Shown: positions 1 to 11,014 of the stretch, in pieces
How positions within the stretch are numbered: the stretch's first letter is position 1
How the letters are laid out: each line of letters opens with the position of its first letter
Origin: the human T2T-CHM13v2.0 reference genome, Homo sapiens
Length of the DNA stretch: 64,000 nucleotides
Assembly: GCF_009914755.1 (NCBI RefSeq)
Contig: NC_060927.1
Reading direction: 5' to 3' (one strand)
Notes under the pieces: model-generated
What the model was told of the DNA's origin: nothing
What the model saw: only the letters and a program-made list of their open reading frames with translations
The model's database searches: none
Program-made: the position numbers and the translations under genes

Positions 1-243
1 AAAACCACATGATTATCTCAATAGATGCAGAAAAGGCCTTTGACAAAATTCAACAACCTTCATGCTAAAAACTCTCAATGAATTCGGTATTGATGGGACA
101 TATCTCAAAATAATAAGAGCTATCTATGACAAACCCACGGCCAATATCATACTGAATGGGCAAAAACAGGAAGCATTCCCTTTGAAAACTGGCACAAGAC
201 AGGGATGCCCTCTCTCACCACTCCTATTCAACATAGTGTTGGG
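1..243 (+). mobile_element. L1PA ORF2 (reverse transcriptase region) fragment, continuing off the left edge
   Basis: Translates as [57 protein letters not shown], the L1 ORF2 RT sequence; homology stops abruptly at ~243. Confidence 0.95.
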
Positions 244-554
244 AGGCTTAACAGTTTTGCTGAGCCAGCAGCTTTGTGCATTGCTCACCATGCCATTCTT
301 CACAGCCTTCTATGTCTTCACCCTGATGCTGGATCACTCTGGTGTTGAGGAGGGGACACATGGGGAGGAGTTCTTCAGAGTCTCTTTTCCAGAGAAATCT
401 AGATATGCTCACGCAAAAAGTACTTGGTATTTACTTTTGAGGGCCTCACAACCCCTGTGAAGCATTTTGAGGGCTCCTAGGTGAGGAGGCCTTAGTCTAA
501 AGTTTACAGCAGTGTAGCTAGATGATTCATTTCTATAATGAAAACAATAATAAA

Positions 555-725
555 GTGATAACTAGCATTTACTGAGCACTTACCACATGCCAGGCACTGG
601 TCTAAACTTCTTACCTGCTTTATCTCATTTCACCCTTGTACTGCCCTGAGGAGTAGGTATCGTTATTAACTCCATTTTATAGTTGGGAAACACAGGCCTT
701 TGAGAGGCCATATAGCTAGACCCAG
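555..725 (-). mobile_element. MIR SINE
   Basis: gcatttactgagcacttac..tgccaggcactg..ccattttatag..gaaacacagg is the antisense MIR core. Confidence 0.75.
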
Positions 726-1145
726 TTCAATAACCTCTTTCTCGCAGGCCACATGCTGATTTTTCTCATACCTCCTAGAGTTCCCCTTGCTGAAGACTAA
801 AGTAAAATTACCTGGCCTATTGTCAAACCATACAGATCACCTTAACTTTTCCCCTGAAAGAAGGGGACTCCAGAGAAATAATCAGTAGCCTTGAATACTC
901 TTTGGCTTGACCCATGGGCATCTCGTGGCCATGTCTTACATGTTCATTGCTTATCTGTTCATTTTCCTGCACACTATTTACTATTTACCTGTTCGTTATT
1001 TTAACACAAAATTGAGTCTCCAGTGTCCAATGGGGTGACCACCAGTATACAATACATTCATGGTGATAAGAGCAATGAGGAAAATTAGGCAAGTTTAGGA
1101 AAAAGAGAGTGTTGAGGTTGGCAGTAACATTTGAAATAAGATAGG

Positions 1146-2071
1146 TGCAATGGTTTGGATATTTGACTCTCCAAACCTCATGTTGAAATTTGATCCCCAA
1201 TATAGGAAGAGGGGCTTAATGGGAGGTATTTTGGTCATGGGGTGAAGCCCTCATGAAGAGATGAATATCCTCCTTGGCAGGGTCGGGAGGGGATGAGTGA
1301 GTTCTCGCTCTGTTAGTTCCTGCAACAGCTGGTTGTTAATGTTTTTCCCGTTTGCCCCGAGAATACTTGCAGGTGGTGCTTGCGGCTGCCGCATTTACCC
1401 CAAAATAACTTTGCCACAAAATATTTCACATTTGTTATTATGTTCACATCACTTTAGTAAATAGACTTTGGAAACAAAACACATCATTCTATTTATAGCA
1501 TTCTGTTTTTAGTAGTGGTATTTCCATTTACAAAATACAGTAATTCTCAATGGCTGAAAATGTCAAATCCTAGAAAACATAGCATGCCAATGATGTTAAC
1601 ATCATTCTTGAACAGTTGTTGGCTGAAGATTCATTGCATGAATCCAATGTTTCTGAAATAGACAATTCTGATCATTCAGATGATCGTGATATTAGTTATT
1701 ATACATAACTACAAGAACAGTTTCTATATTTTATTTTCACATTGAAAATCAGTCAGATTTACTTCAGCCACAAAGAGTGTGTTTATGTAAAATTAAATGA
1801 GTGCTGGCAGTGAGCTGCACATTTTATTTTTCTAAACAGGAAAAGGGTTAAAAAGAGCCTGGAGCCTCCCTGCTTGCTCTCTTACCTCCTCTCTCACCCT
1901 GTGATCTCTGCACATGCTGGCTCCCCTTTCTCTGAAACTCCCACCAGGAGCTGATGCTAGTGCCATGCTTCTTGTACAGCCTGCAGAACCATGACTCAAA
2001 TAAACCTCTTTTCTTTGTAAATTACCCAGCCTTAGGTATTCCTTTACAGCAACACTAAATGGACTAAGACA
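1146..2071 (+). mobile_element. MaLR solo LTR (MSTB-like), interrupted by MER75
   Basis: TG..CA ends (tgcaatggtttgg..ggactaagaca); motif ctgcagaaccatga..aataaacctcttttct; 5-bp TSD atagg/ataga. Confidence 0.85.
1340..1847 (+). mobile_element. MER75 piggyBac-derived non-autonomous DNA transposon, near full length
   Basis: TTAA on both sides (1336-1339, 1848-1851); terminal inverted repeats ttttcccgttt / aaacaggaaaaggg; interior matches recalled MER75 consensus. Confidence 0.88.
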
Positions 2072-2694
2072 ATAGAGAAGGTCCTTTTGATAAATTGACA
2101 CTTGAGCAGAGACCTGAAGGAAGTCAGGAGAGAGCCATGAGGATAATCAGGAGCAAGGTTTTCAGCCAGAGGGAAGAGTAAGTGCAAGGCAAGAGCAAAG
2201 AGTTCAGCTTGGAGGTCCCACATGAAGTGATTAGTAAGGGGGAGATATAGCAGATGAGATCTGAGAACATGGGGAAGCTGGGGACAGGTTGCATAGGTCC
2301 TTATGGCAAGGACTCTAGATTTCATTAGAAACCATCGGAGGACAAAAGCAGGAGAGAGGCATGTTAAAACTCATCTTTGTCAAGAATTACTGAGCCAGAC
2401 TGATGAGCACTTTACATATCAAAATGTATGACAAGCCCACACGAATATTAACCAGAAACACAAGTCCAGCCCAAATGGCCAAACATTCCAAGTACTTTTT
2501 TATTTTGAGTGCTTGCTTGTATCCAGAAGCATGTTAGGTGCTGGGAGATCAGGTATGTAACAAAAATTCCCAGCACCAGGCAGGGTCAGCCCGAGAGACT
2601 GGGAGACTGGGCAAGTTAGGTGGCAGAAGTGCTTTGACCCTCTGTTAGAGGGCACCAGGCCTGGCTGGCAAATCTTCAAGCACTCAGCACCACA

Positions 2695-2697
<3 letters not shown>

Positions 2698-2756
<59 letters not shown>

Positions 2757-2773
2757 ATATATATATATATATC
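2698..2773. repeat. Compound microsatellite (TG)29 followed by ~(AT)8
   Basis: Read directly from the sequence. Confidence 0.98.
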
Positions 2774-3992
2774 CACTCTCACATCACCTCCTTCATTTAT
2801 TTGCTCCCATTTCACCCACACACAGTCATATGTCTCAGCTATTTGTTTCCTGACCCTGAGGCCTTTTACAGTAAAGGCCTTCCACCTGTTTAACTCAGGT
2901 GCCCTCTAAATGGAGCAACAATCAGCCCTTGCTGTCTTGAGCTGTTCCCACCAGGGCCTCCTCCCCAAGGGACTGACCTCAGGTACAATGTATACAGAAA
3001 GCAAACTGCAATCCTTCCTTTTACCCAAGGCCCTGCCTGCAGGGAAGCATTTTTTCTCCTTGCTGTGACAGTGAATTGGAGATTTGTGGACACTCCTGTG
3101 CTGCATGGTAAGGATGCCTGCTGCCTAAACAATTACCTGGAATTCAGCAATGAGTTCCCTTTATACCCAGTGGTCATTAGGGCTATGGCTACTGCTTTAA
3201 GACTCTGAGATTTTTTTTTGCATAAAGATTGGTTGCACTGCCAGGTTTTTTTTAAAGTCTCTATTTTTCATAGTGCTCTGTAGCCATGTAAGCAGGAAGA
3301 GAGAAAATTTATCTTGAGCATATGATATTCACTTAATAAGTAAGAAGAATGGAGCAGAACCCCACTAGAGCACAGCTAGGATTCTGAAAGGAGTCAGACA
3401 TGTCTCCTGGAATAATTCCTATCCCGAATTATATCCCGAATTTGCTGTGTTCAGGCAAAAGCCAGCTCTGGCCACAGCACTGGCTGTAACAAGGCATCTC
3501 ATCATGTTATAAAATTGGGAGAATATGTTGTTTCTCTCTCCAGTATCTATTTAATCCCACCCAAAATCAGGTTTCTGATTTCTCTTTGCGGAATTCATCC
3601 CTCAGCCCTTCTCAGCCATGTATTTTAACCTCACATCTTTATTTCCAGAGTTTCTGATTGGCTTAAGCCATTCCTCCCCAGGCCTTGGGTCACAGAAGAG
3701 CACCTGAGCAATCAGAACCAATAAGATACTGTAAACAGCCTAGCGGAAAAGCTGTGTTCCCAGGAAAAGAGGGACCCTTTCTTTCTCAACCCCTAAAACA
3801 TGTGGTGTGGGGAAATGGAATATAGTGCTGCTAGTGAAATACTGCAGCCATTCTAGAGGACAAGGCAAATGCAGAGCCCAAAGCTGAAGAAAACTCTACA
3901 GATGCCAGAACAAAGAGATGGAGGGCAATTTGGACATAGGTAACATAGATACCTTTGAAGCAAGCCTCACCTGACATATCCTATTCTCTGGG

Positions 3993-4728
3993 CCAGTGGT
4001 TTCCCATGTGAGGACCAGCAGAGTCAGCTTTACCTGAGAACTCATCGGAAATGCAAATTTTTTGGTCCCCACTCTAGACTTCCTGAAACAGAACTCTGTG
4101 CATGGGGTCTGTAGGGTAAACGCCCTTGACAGTAATAACTTAAGCATACCCTTAGAATGACACTGTATGTCAGATGCACCTAAATGTGTGTTCCAAGCTA
4201 GGGAATCCACCAGTGGCCAACCTGGAGATTTGTTCCTTGTCTATGAGGAAGATCTGAGCCTCCAGCCTGTCCCATGGAACATGGACCATACAGGGGATAG
4301 AGGCTCTGAGTTTGGGGGGGGCGGGGGGGTGGGGGGGGGTAAATGAAGGTAACCAGGTGGAGGTTGTTAGTGGGAGGGAGTTAAGTGAAAATCCTGTATA
4401 AACTGCATGATATTTGTAGGTGGTTGTGATTTTCCTGCTGAGCCCTTCGCCACTGGGCTGTGAGGTCATGTGATCCAGCCTGCCACCGCTGGACTATTTT
4501 TGTAATTAAGGCAGTTCTCCTGTCCAGCCCACTGTCACTGGACTCTCTTCCTGGTATGGAAACCCCTAATAAGGTCTCATTTGCTGGCTCTGAGTCTCTT
4601 CTTTAGCCTCTTGAACCTCGTGCTTCCCTACTGAGGTTAATAGGGGGTTGGCACAACAGGACTCAGCAATCTGCATTGTAACAAGCCCTCCAGGTGATTA
4701 TGGTTACACTAAAGTTTGAGAACCGCTG
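3993..4728. mobile_element. MER5A hAT-Charlie MITE, split by an ERV LTR
   Basis: cagtggtttccc..gaaatgcaaatt..gaactctg left half; cagcaatctgcattgtaacaagccctccaggtgat..aaagtttgagaaccgctg right half. Confidence 0.85.
4110..4658 (+). mobile_element. ERV solo LTR (ERVL-class, LTR32-like; subfamily uncertain)
   Basis: TG..CA termini (tgtagggtaaacg..ggcacaaca); TATA-like gtataaa at ~4396; interrupts MER5A cleanly. Confidence 0.75.
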
Positions 4729-5149
4729 TTGTTAACTATACAGTAAGTTGACAGAAAATCAGCTGTTTTAAGTATCACTATTCTAGAGTTTTTAGTACCA
4801 TGTATCCATTTCTTTCTTAGTAAAACCAGTCTGAACTTGGTTTGTGTGTTTCTCTTACCAGCTTCAATCTTTTTGTTCTAACACTTGATAGAAAATTAGA
4901 TGAGTTATCTTAATTATAATCCTTCCCTACATCACACTGGCTTATCTGATGAGGAGATCTGTTCCTTAGGACATCTTTATGAAGGACACAAACTGAGCAA
5001 GGATATTTTGTATACAAACTCCTCATTGTGGAGATGAGAAAACCAAGTGCCTTCCTGTAGGTCTCCTGACTGGCTAAAATACTTCTGGTCTGGTTCTTTC
5101 TCCCATTCTTGGCAGCCCATGAGGCTGAGTGATTAGATCAGCAGGTGAA

Positions 5150-5365
5150 AGAGGTGGGCAAACCTGGGTTTAAACCCTGACTCTGCTACACTCTAGCTGT
5201 AAGACACAGGGCATGTCATTTCAAGCTTGTGTGCCTCAGTTTCCTCATTTGTAAAATGGTGAAACAGCACTACTTACTTTAGGTGGCTGCTGTAAGAATT
5301 CACACCATTCCAGTGAAAATGTGTATGGAAAGAATGAAGGGCTTAGTAAATGCTCAATAAATTGT
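5150..5365 (+). mobile_element. MIR SINE
   Basis: cctgggtttaaaccctgactctgc..tgtgcctcagtttcctcatttgtaaaatgg..gtaaatgctcaataaa. Confidence 0.8.
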
Positions 5366-6026
5366 ATAGTAAGAATATTGTCAAATTCATCACATCATTG
5401 TCTCTGCCCTACTGCCTGTAAAATGCAGTCTACGCAAAGCAGACTGCATTGAGCATGTTATTTAGGAGAAGCAGTATCTCAGTTATGCACTGAATCCAGC
5501 CTGCTTATTTCCAAGGACGCTCTGAATTACCTTCGCCTCACACCTGAACTAGAGCATCTTATAGGGTCAGCATTATAAGGTAATCTCACACTTCAGCTTC
5601 CTATGAGAAGCTGTGTTTCTCACCCACAACCTCCCCGTTAAGGCCTCCTTTCTTCTTAAGGGGGTGATACTGCTGTTGCTAAATTGTTTTAATCACCATC
5701 AGAACAATGAAAAGGTTTAGTAATTCTTAATAAAGAACAGCTCTTCTAGAATCAGTGGCTGTCTCACTCATTTCCAACCATGCTTAATTTTTGACTGTTC
5801 CCACTTAGCCATTTAATAAAAAAATTTGACTTCCTACCTTTTCTCAGGCATCCGGGTGGGTGGTATGCTACCTTGGAAGGAGAACCACCATACAAAGTCT
5901 GGCAATATTTTTGCAGTCTCAATTATCTGGCCTTGCTCTAGATAATGTCACTGGTCTTTCAGCATGGCCATGACTTGAGTGACACACCAGTGGCACTTTT
6001 GTGATAGAAGTTAAATGGAGTAGAAT

Positions 6027-6679
6027 TGTGGCAGGCCAGGTCTCACTCATGCAGGGCTCTATAACAACTGTTTCAGTACTGACTGAGTAGTTAAGTTAAA
6101 TATTGAAAGCCAGTGCCCTTATACAAAGGCTGGAATGTAACAAAAGCCCACCAAGAGTTTTGCCTAGGCCTTTCCTGGGCCTTAAAGCACGACAAAATAA
6201 CGAAGGAATTCTTAACAGGACCCATTTAGGAGTAAACAAGTTTTATTGTGGGTCTGAAGAAACTCCCCAGGCCTCCACAAACAAGTTTATTGGGGGTCTG
6301 AAGGAACTCCCCAAACCTCTATGATTTAGCAGGAGACAAGATAAGGATAATTACCCCAGCACCTGGACCTATTTAGAGTAAGCAAACTTACTGAGGCTCC
6401 AGAGGAAAAGGTCTTCAGGACTCAGACCTTAGTTATAGATTAAAAGAAGTTAATCACTTACGTCTTTAGATAAATGCACACTTACATGTAGATGTATAGC
6501 TTAGAAGGTATATAAGCTCTGGACAACTTCATAATTTTGAGTTGGTCTGGTGATAATTTCCAGGCCTTCTCCCTGTAACCGGTTACAGAAATAAAAACTC
6601 TCTTCCTCCTCCGTTCATCAGCATCTCATTACTGGGCCACAAGAAATAGCAGCCCAACCCTCAGTTTGGTCCAGGAACA
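6027..6679 (+). mobile_element. ERV1 solo LTR (MER39-like)
   Basis: tgtggcaggccaggtctcact..tttggtccaggaaca; perfect 4-bp TSD GAAT; TATA-like gtatataa and AATAAA present. Confidence 0.85.
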
Positions 6680-6699
6680 GAATCTTATAGCCAAATGAT

Positions 6700-7110
6700 A
6701 TAAAATGGCTCTTGGGTTCAAACCCCAGCTTTGCCACTTAATACCTGTGTGATTTGTGCAAGATATTTAGCCCTTAAGCTCTTTCCCAGCCCATGAGGGA
6801 GGTGAAAGGGCCGTAAAGGATAAATGTGCAACCTGTCTGAAAATTAATACTTATGCTTGGGAGCAGCACATCTGGTAACCTGGGCACTGGGAGAGGTGAT
6901 GATTATGATCATCACTCATCAGCCACCCACTCATCACCCACCCACTCATCAGTCACCCATCCACCCACTGCGCCTGTATAAAAGCCCTTATATTTTTTTT
7001 TCTGGTCCTTCAGTGCTTTAGTTTATCCATTTATAAAATAAAGTAATGGAATCAACACATAGAATTATTATAATTATTAAATGAGTTAATGTTTATAAAA
7101 CCCTTAAATA
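6700..7110 (+). mobile_element. MIR SINE split by the 6774-7010 insertion
   Basis: gggttcaaaccccagctttgccactta..atttagccc | cagtgctttagtttatccatttataaaat..attaaatgagttaat. Confidence 0.7.
6774..7010. mobile_element. Short non-autonomous element copy 1, putative Helitron/Helentron type
   Basis: About 78% identical to 8216-8774 over the first 67 nt (hand count); same termini TTAAGCTC..CTGGTYCTT; removing it restores the MIR with no TSD beyond TT. Confidence 0.6.
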
Positions 7111-7114
7111 TGAA

Positions 7115-7470
7115 TCATAATGAATAATATTTGCCATTTACTAAGAACTTACTTTGTGCCAGACTTTATGCTAAGCACTTTACATATAACAGCTAAATTT
7201 ATTCCAACCATAAATCAGTGAAGTACAGTAGTATGAGAATAAATAATATTGCTAATATTAATGATGGCAATAATAATATATGCAACAGGCAGTATACTAA
7301 GTATTCTGTCAAATCTCACAACATCTTTATTAGGGAGGTTCTATTATAATCCCCATTTTGCAGATGAATAAACTGAGGCACAACAAGTTAAGTCTCCTGA
7401 GAAAGCAAGTAAGTGACAGAGCTGGGATTCATACTCAGTCATCTCCGATACCATGTCCCAACCTCTCAAT
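7115..7470 (-). mobile_element. Two adjacent MIR fragments
   Basis: catttactaagaacttactttgtgccag; ccccattttgcagatgaataaactgaggcaca. Confidence 0.7.
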
Positions 7471-7538
7471 TGCCCACCAACTCAAAATCACATAAAAGAA
7501 TGATGTCAGTGTTCAAATTTTCTAGAATCATAGGATAG

Positions 7539-7934
<396 letters not shown>

Positions 7935-8370
7935 TGTATGGAGAGTTTTAAAAGCTCACAATTGGCTGTCTGGCCAGCCCTATGTGCTCTATGAAAATGA
8001 GGGATTCTTTCCAAAGTGAAAAGCTGTAATAGTAATAGGTTTTAAAAACTATAGAGTCAGCATCTTGCAGAAGATACTCAACTGGGTAATTTTTTTTAAA
8101 AATGGAGGCTTTTATAACATCCAATTATATGACAAGTGAGTTACATTTAAAGGCATTGAAAAAATTATTCCAAATACGAACTGAACAGTGTTATCAACTT
8201 TAATTAGTCCTCATATTAAGCTCTTTCCAAGCCCATGACGGAGGCGAAGGAGCTATAAATGATAGGCATGCATCCCATCTGAAACGGTACTTCCAACTCG
8301 GAGCAGCATGTTTGGTAACCAGGTCACTGGAGGAGGGTGATGATCATGACTGCCACTCATCAGCCAATCC

Positions 8371-8490
8371 CCCCCATGACGATTTTATGTATATCATGCA
8401 TTACTGCTAGCCACCATGAATATTACATAGTACTATAATTGCTTGAGCGTCCATGGTACATACCAAGCCAAACCTTACATTAATCCTCTA
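8371..8490 (+). other. NUMT piece 1: mitochondrial control region (D-loop/HVS1)
   Basis: cattactgctagccaccatgaatatt matches human mtDNA cattactgccagccaccatgaatatt (approx. rCRS 16.1 kb, from memory). Confidence 0.9.
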
Positions 8491-8491
8491 C

Positions 8492-8538
8492 CCCTGAGAA
8501 TCCAAAATTCTCCGTGCCACCTGTCGCACCCTATCCTA
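8492..8538 (-). pseudogene. MT-TQ: NUMT piece 2a: partial mitochondrial tRNA-Gln
   Basis: ccctgagaatccaaaattctccgtgccacct.tc.caccc.atccta matches the mt tRNA-Gln locus. Confidence 0.92.
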
Positions 8539-8539
8539 A

Positions 8540-8567
8540 AGTAAGGTCAGCTAAATAAGCTATCGGG
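8540..8567 (+). pseudogene. MT-TM: NUMT piece 2b: 5' part of mitochondrial tRNA-Met
   Basis: agtaaggtcagctaaataagctatcggg matches the mt tRNA-Met 5' end, with native spacing after tRNA-Gln. Confidence 0.93.
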
Positions 8568-8723
8568 TGGATGTGGGTACAGTGTTAGATTGAGATAATA
8601 TCATTTATGGGGGAGGGGCACTTTGTGAAGTGGGCCCCATTTCTCTTGTCCTTTCGTACTGGGAGAAATGTAGAACAGATAGAAACTGACCTGGACTGCT
8701 CCGGTCTGAACTCAGATCACGTA
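8565..8723 (-). pseudogene. MT-RNR2: NUMT piece 3: 3' region of mitochondrial 16S rRNA, inverted
   Basis: Reverse complement reads tacgtgatctgagttcagaccggag..ccaggtcagtttctatc..gtacgaaaggacaagagaaat..cttcacaaag. Confidence 0.95.
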
Positions 8724-8779
8724 CCGCCCATCCGCTGCACCTGTATAAAGCCCTTACGTTTTTTTCTGGTTCTTGGTAA

Positions 8780-8940
8780 AGTGATTTAGTTGGACTCTTA
8801 TTAATCTCATTTTACAAATGAGGAAACTGAACCAAGGAGATAGTAAGCAATTTGCCCAGGGTTCCTATTTCTTGGGAAGGGGGCTAAACTGGGGTTCATA
8901 CTGAGGTCTGTGTACTGGAAAGCCAATGTGCTTTTCATTA
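8780..8940 (-). mobile_element. MIR SINE (host of element copy 2)
   Basis: ctcattttacaaatgaggaaactga..aagcaatttgcccaggg. Confidence 0.75.
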
Positions 8941-9898
8941 TGTCATGATGACACTCTAAAAACACAAGTGAAAAAATACAGCTCAGTTATGAAGAAATAA
9001 CTTTTATTTTCTTTCTACAATGTCACCTATAGGTAGGGATGTAAGTTTTTTAGAGGTGGGAACAAATTGAAGTCTTGCTATTATGGAAATACGTATAAAA
9101 AGGTAGAGTATGGCAAATCCCTCCTAGGTACTAAGTCGAAGTGTTTGCATATTTATCTTTATATGGTAGTGTTTTATGCCAACCTGGTACAAAGTACATG
9201 CTCCGTAGATGTTCACTCAATTGGCTTGAATTTTTTTCTTCTAGTTCCCAAATCACTTAGGTGGAGCCAAATGCATTTTAAGTTCATTGAACCCTGGTAG
9301 AGTGTCTGGTAGTTTCTGGTATCCACTTTACCCTCCAAAACACAATGGTAACCATGTAGGTGCTCAAATAATGCAATAAACACATCTCTCACAGAGAATC
9401 TGTTATAGTGACCTTCAAGTTCAGCATCAGCATTTTGGGGGACTATGAAGAACAAAGCTGGATGTTGACAAGGATCTAGACCACAATGGTAGCTGTATTC
9501 CTAGAAATTTTGACTGAGCAGGATTGAGGGAATACAGATTACAGATTCATATTCTTAAAGCAAGACCCCATTGAGTTCTAATCCATATACAGAAAGAAAA
9601 AATAATGAAAGCCCACCAAAATAGCTCAACTCTCCGGTCTTCTTGGAATCTTGAGATTATTATAATTATTGTATTCACCTTTACATGGAATTAGCTTAGA
9701 AACTTGACCAAGTGGCCAGGAGCTTTTTTAAGAGAACTATCTTTCTTTGAGATTGGGGATGTTATTTTATTTTGATTTTCCAGAGCTGATTTTTATTTTT
9801 CTTTGGTCACAGAGTTCTAGTAATATAAAGGAGTTTGGGGAGAAAGTATCTCAGAAAACAGGGATAGGCTATAAATTCTTCTATCAGGGAAAGGGCAC

Positions 9899-10893
9899 TC
9901 TGGTAGGGAAAATAATGGTTCCCCAAAGATGTTCATGTTCTAACCCCTGAAACCTGTAAATATGTTATCCTTAGATGGCAAAGGAGATTTTGCAAGTGTG
10001 ATTCTGTTAAGCACATCCTGAATTATTTGAGTGGGCCCAATATCATCACAAGGATCCTTGTAAGAGAGAGGTAGTCATGTTCTAGAGCAGCAGTCCTCAA
10101 CCTTTTTGGCACCAGGGACCAGTTTCATGGAAGGCAATTTTTCCATGGGCCTGGGTAGGAGGATGGTTTGGGGATGATTCAAACACATTACCTGTATTGT
10201 GTACTTTATTTCTATTGTTATTAAACTATAATATATAATGAAATAGTTATAGAACTCACCATAATATAGAATGAATGGGAGCCCTGAGCTTGTTTTCCTG
10301 CAACTACAGGGTCCCATCTAGGGGTGACGGGAGACAGCGACAAATCATCAGGCATTAGATTCTCATAAGGAGCACAAAACCTAGATCCATCACATACACA
10401 GTTCACAATAGGGTTCACGCTCCTCTGACAATCTAATGCCACCACTGATATGACAGGAGGCAGAGTTCAGGTGGCAATGCAAGCAACGGGGAGTGACTGT
10501 AAATAGAAATGATGCTTCACTCCCTCACCCACCCCTCATCTCCTGCTATGTGGCCTGGTTCCTAACAAACCATGAACCAGTACCAGTCCATGGCCTGGGG
10601 ATTGGGGACTCCTGTTCTAGAGAGTCGGAGAAGGAGATGTGATGGAAACCGAGGTGAGTGATGAAATGGCTCCTCTGAAAAAATGGAAGAGATCTACAAG
10701 CCAAGAAATGCAGGCAACTAGATTCCTCAGCTTTCTAGAAGCTGAGAATGGTGGGTAACAGATGTTCCCCTAGAGTTCAGAGAAGGGATGTAGTGACACT
10801 TCTCACCTCTGGAAATGTAAGATAATAAATTTGTATTGTTTAAGCCATCTAGTTTGCAGTCATTTGTCATAGTAGCAATAGGAAGCTAACACA
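9899..10893 (+). mobile_element. MaLR LTR (MLT1D-like), split by MER1A
   Basis: tggtagggaaaataatggttccccaaagatgttcatg..gtaagataataaatttgtattgtttaagcca..gcaataggaagctaacaca. Confidence 0.8.
10088..10614 (-). mobile_element. MER1A hAT-Charlie MITE, full length (527 bp)
   Basis: TIRs cagcagtcctcaa / ttggggactcctg; perfect 8-bp TSD TTCTAGAG (10080-10087, 10615-10622). Confidence 0.93.
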
Positions 10894-11014
10894 AGGACTA
10901 AGTTCCTGAGCAGCAGCTTCCGCCAAAGAGAGAAATATTTCTTATATGAGTCTAAGAAAATATTCTACCTGCTTAGAAGTCTGAGTATTACCTTTGGCTA
11001 CTTGTGATTTACTT

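Larger units (their letters stand above)
1040..2370 (-). mobile_element. L2 fragment split by the MST LTR
   Basis: tgacacttgagcagagacctgaaggaag..gagggaagagtaagtgcaaggc is typical antisense L2; pieces lie on both sides of 1146-2071. Confidence 0.6.
3560..4860 (+). mobile_element. Old MaLR LTR (MLT1J/K-like) host, split by MER5A
   Basis: gcagagcccaaagctgaaga..gagatggag on the left and tagtaaaaccagtctgaacttggtttg on the right resemble MLT1K pieces. Confidence 0.45.
8216..8774. mobile_element. Short non-autonomous element copy 2, putative Helitron/Helentron type, interrupted by a NUMT
   Basis: 8216-8370 and 8724-8774 align to 6774-6930 and 6960-7010; 5' inverted repeat agctctttc (8219-8227) / gaaggagct (8246-8254); flanks resemble an antisense MIR. 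Confidence 0.6.

Noticed and set aside
62-460. 132-aa ORF with RT-like N-terminus as a novel fusion gene
   Set aside because: The first ~60 aa are an L1 ORF2 fragment and the rest is read-through into flank; no promoter, splice or family support.
2697-2909. Cys/Val-repeat ORFs
   Set aside because: Translation of the (TG)n microsatellite.
8492-8723. Functional tRNA or rRNA genes
   Set aside because: Truncated, rearranged mitochondrial fragments embedded in nuclear repeats.
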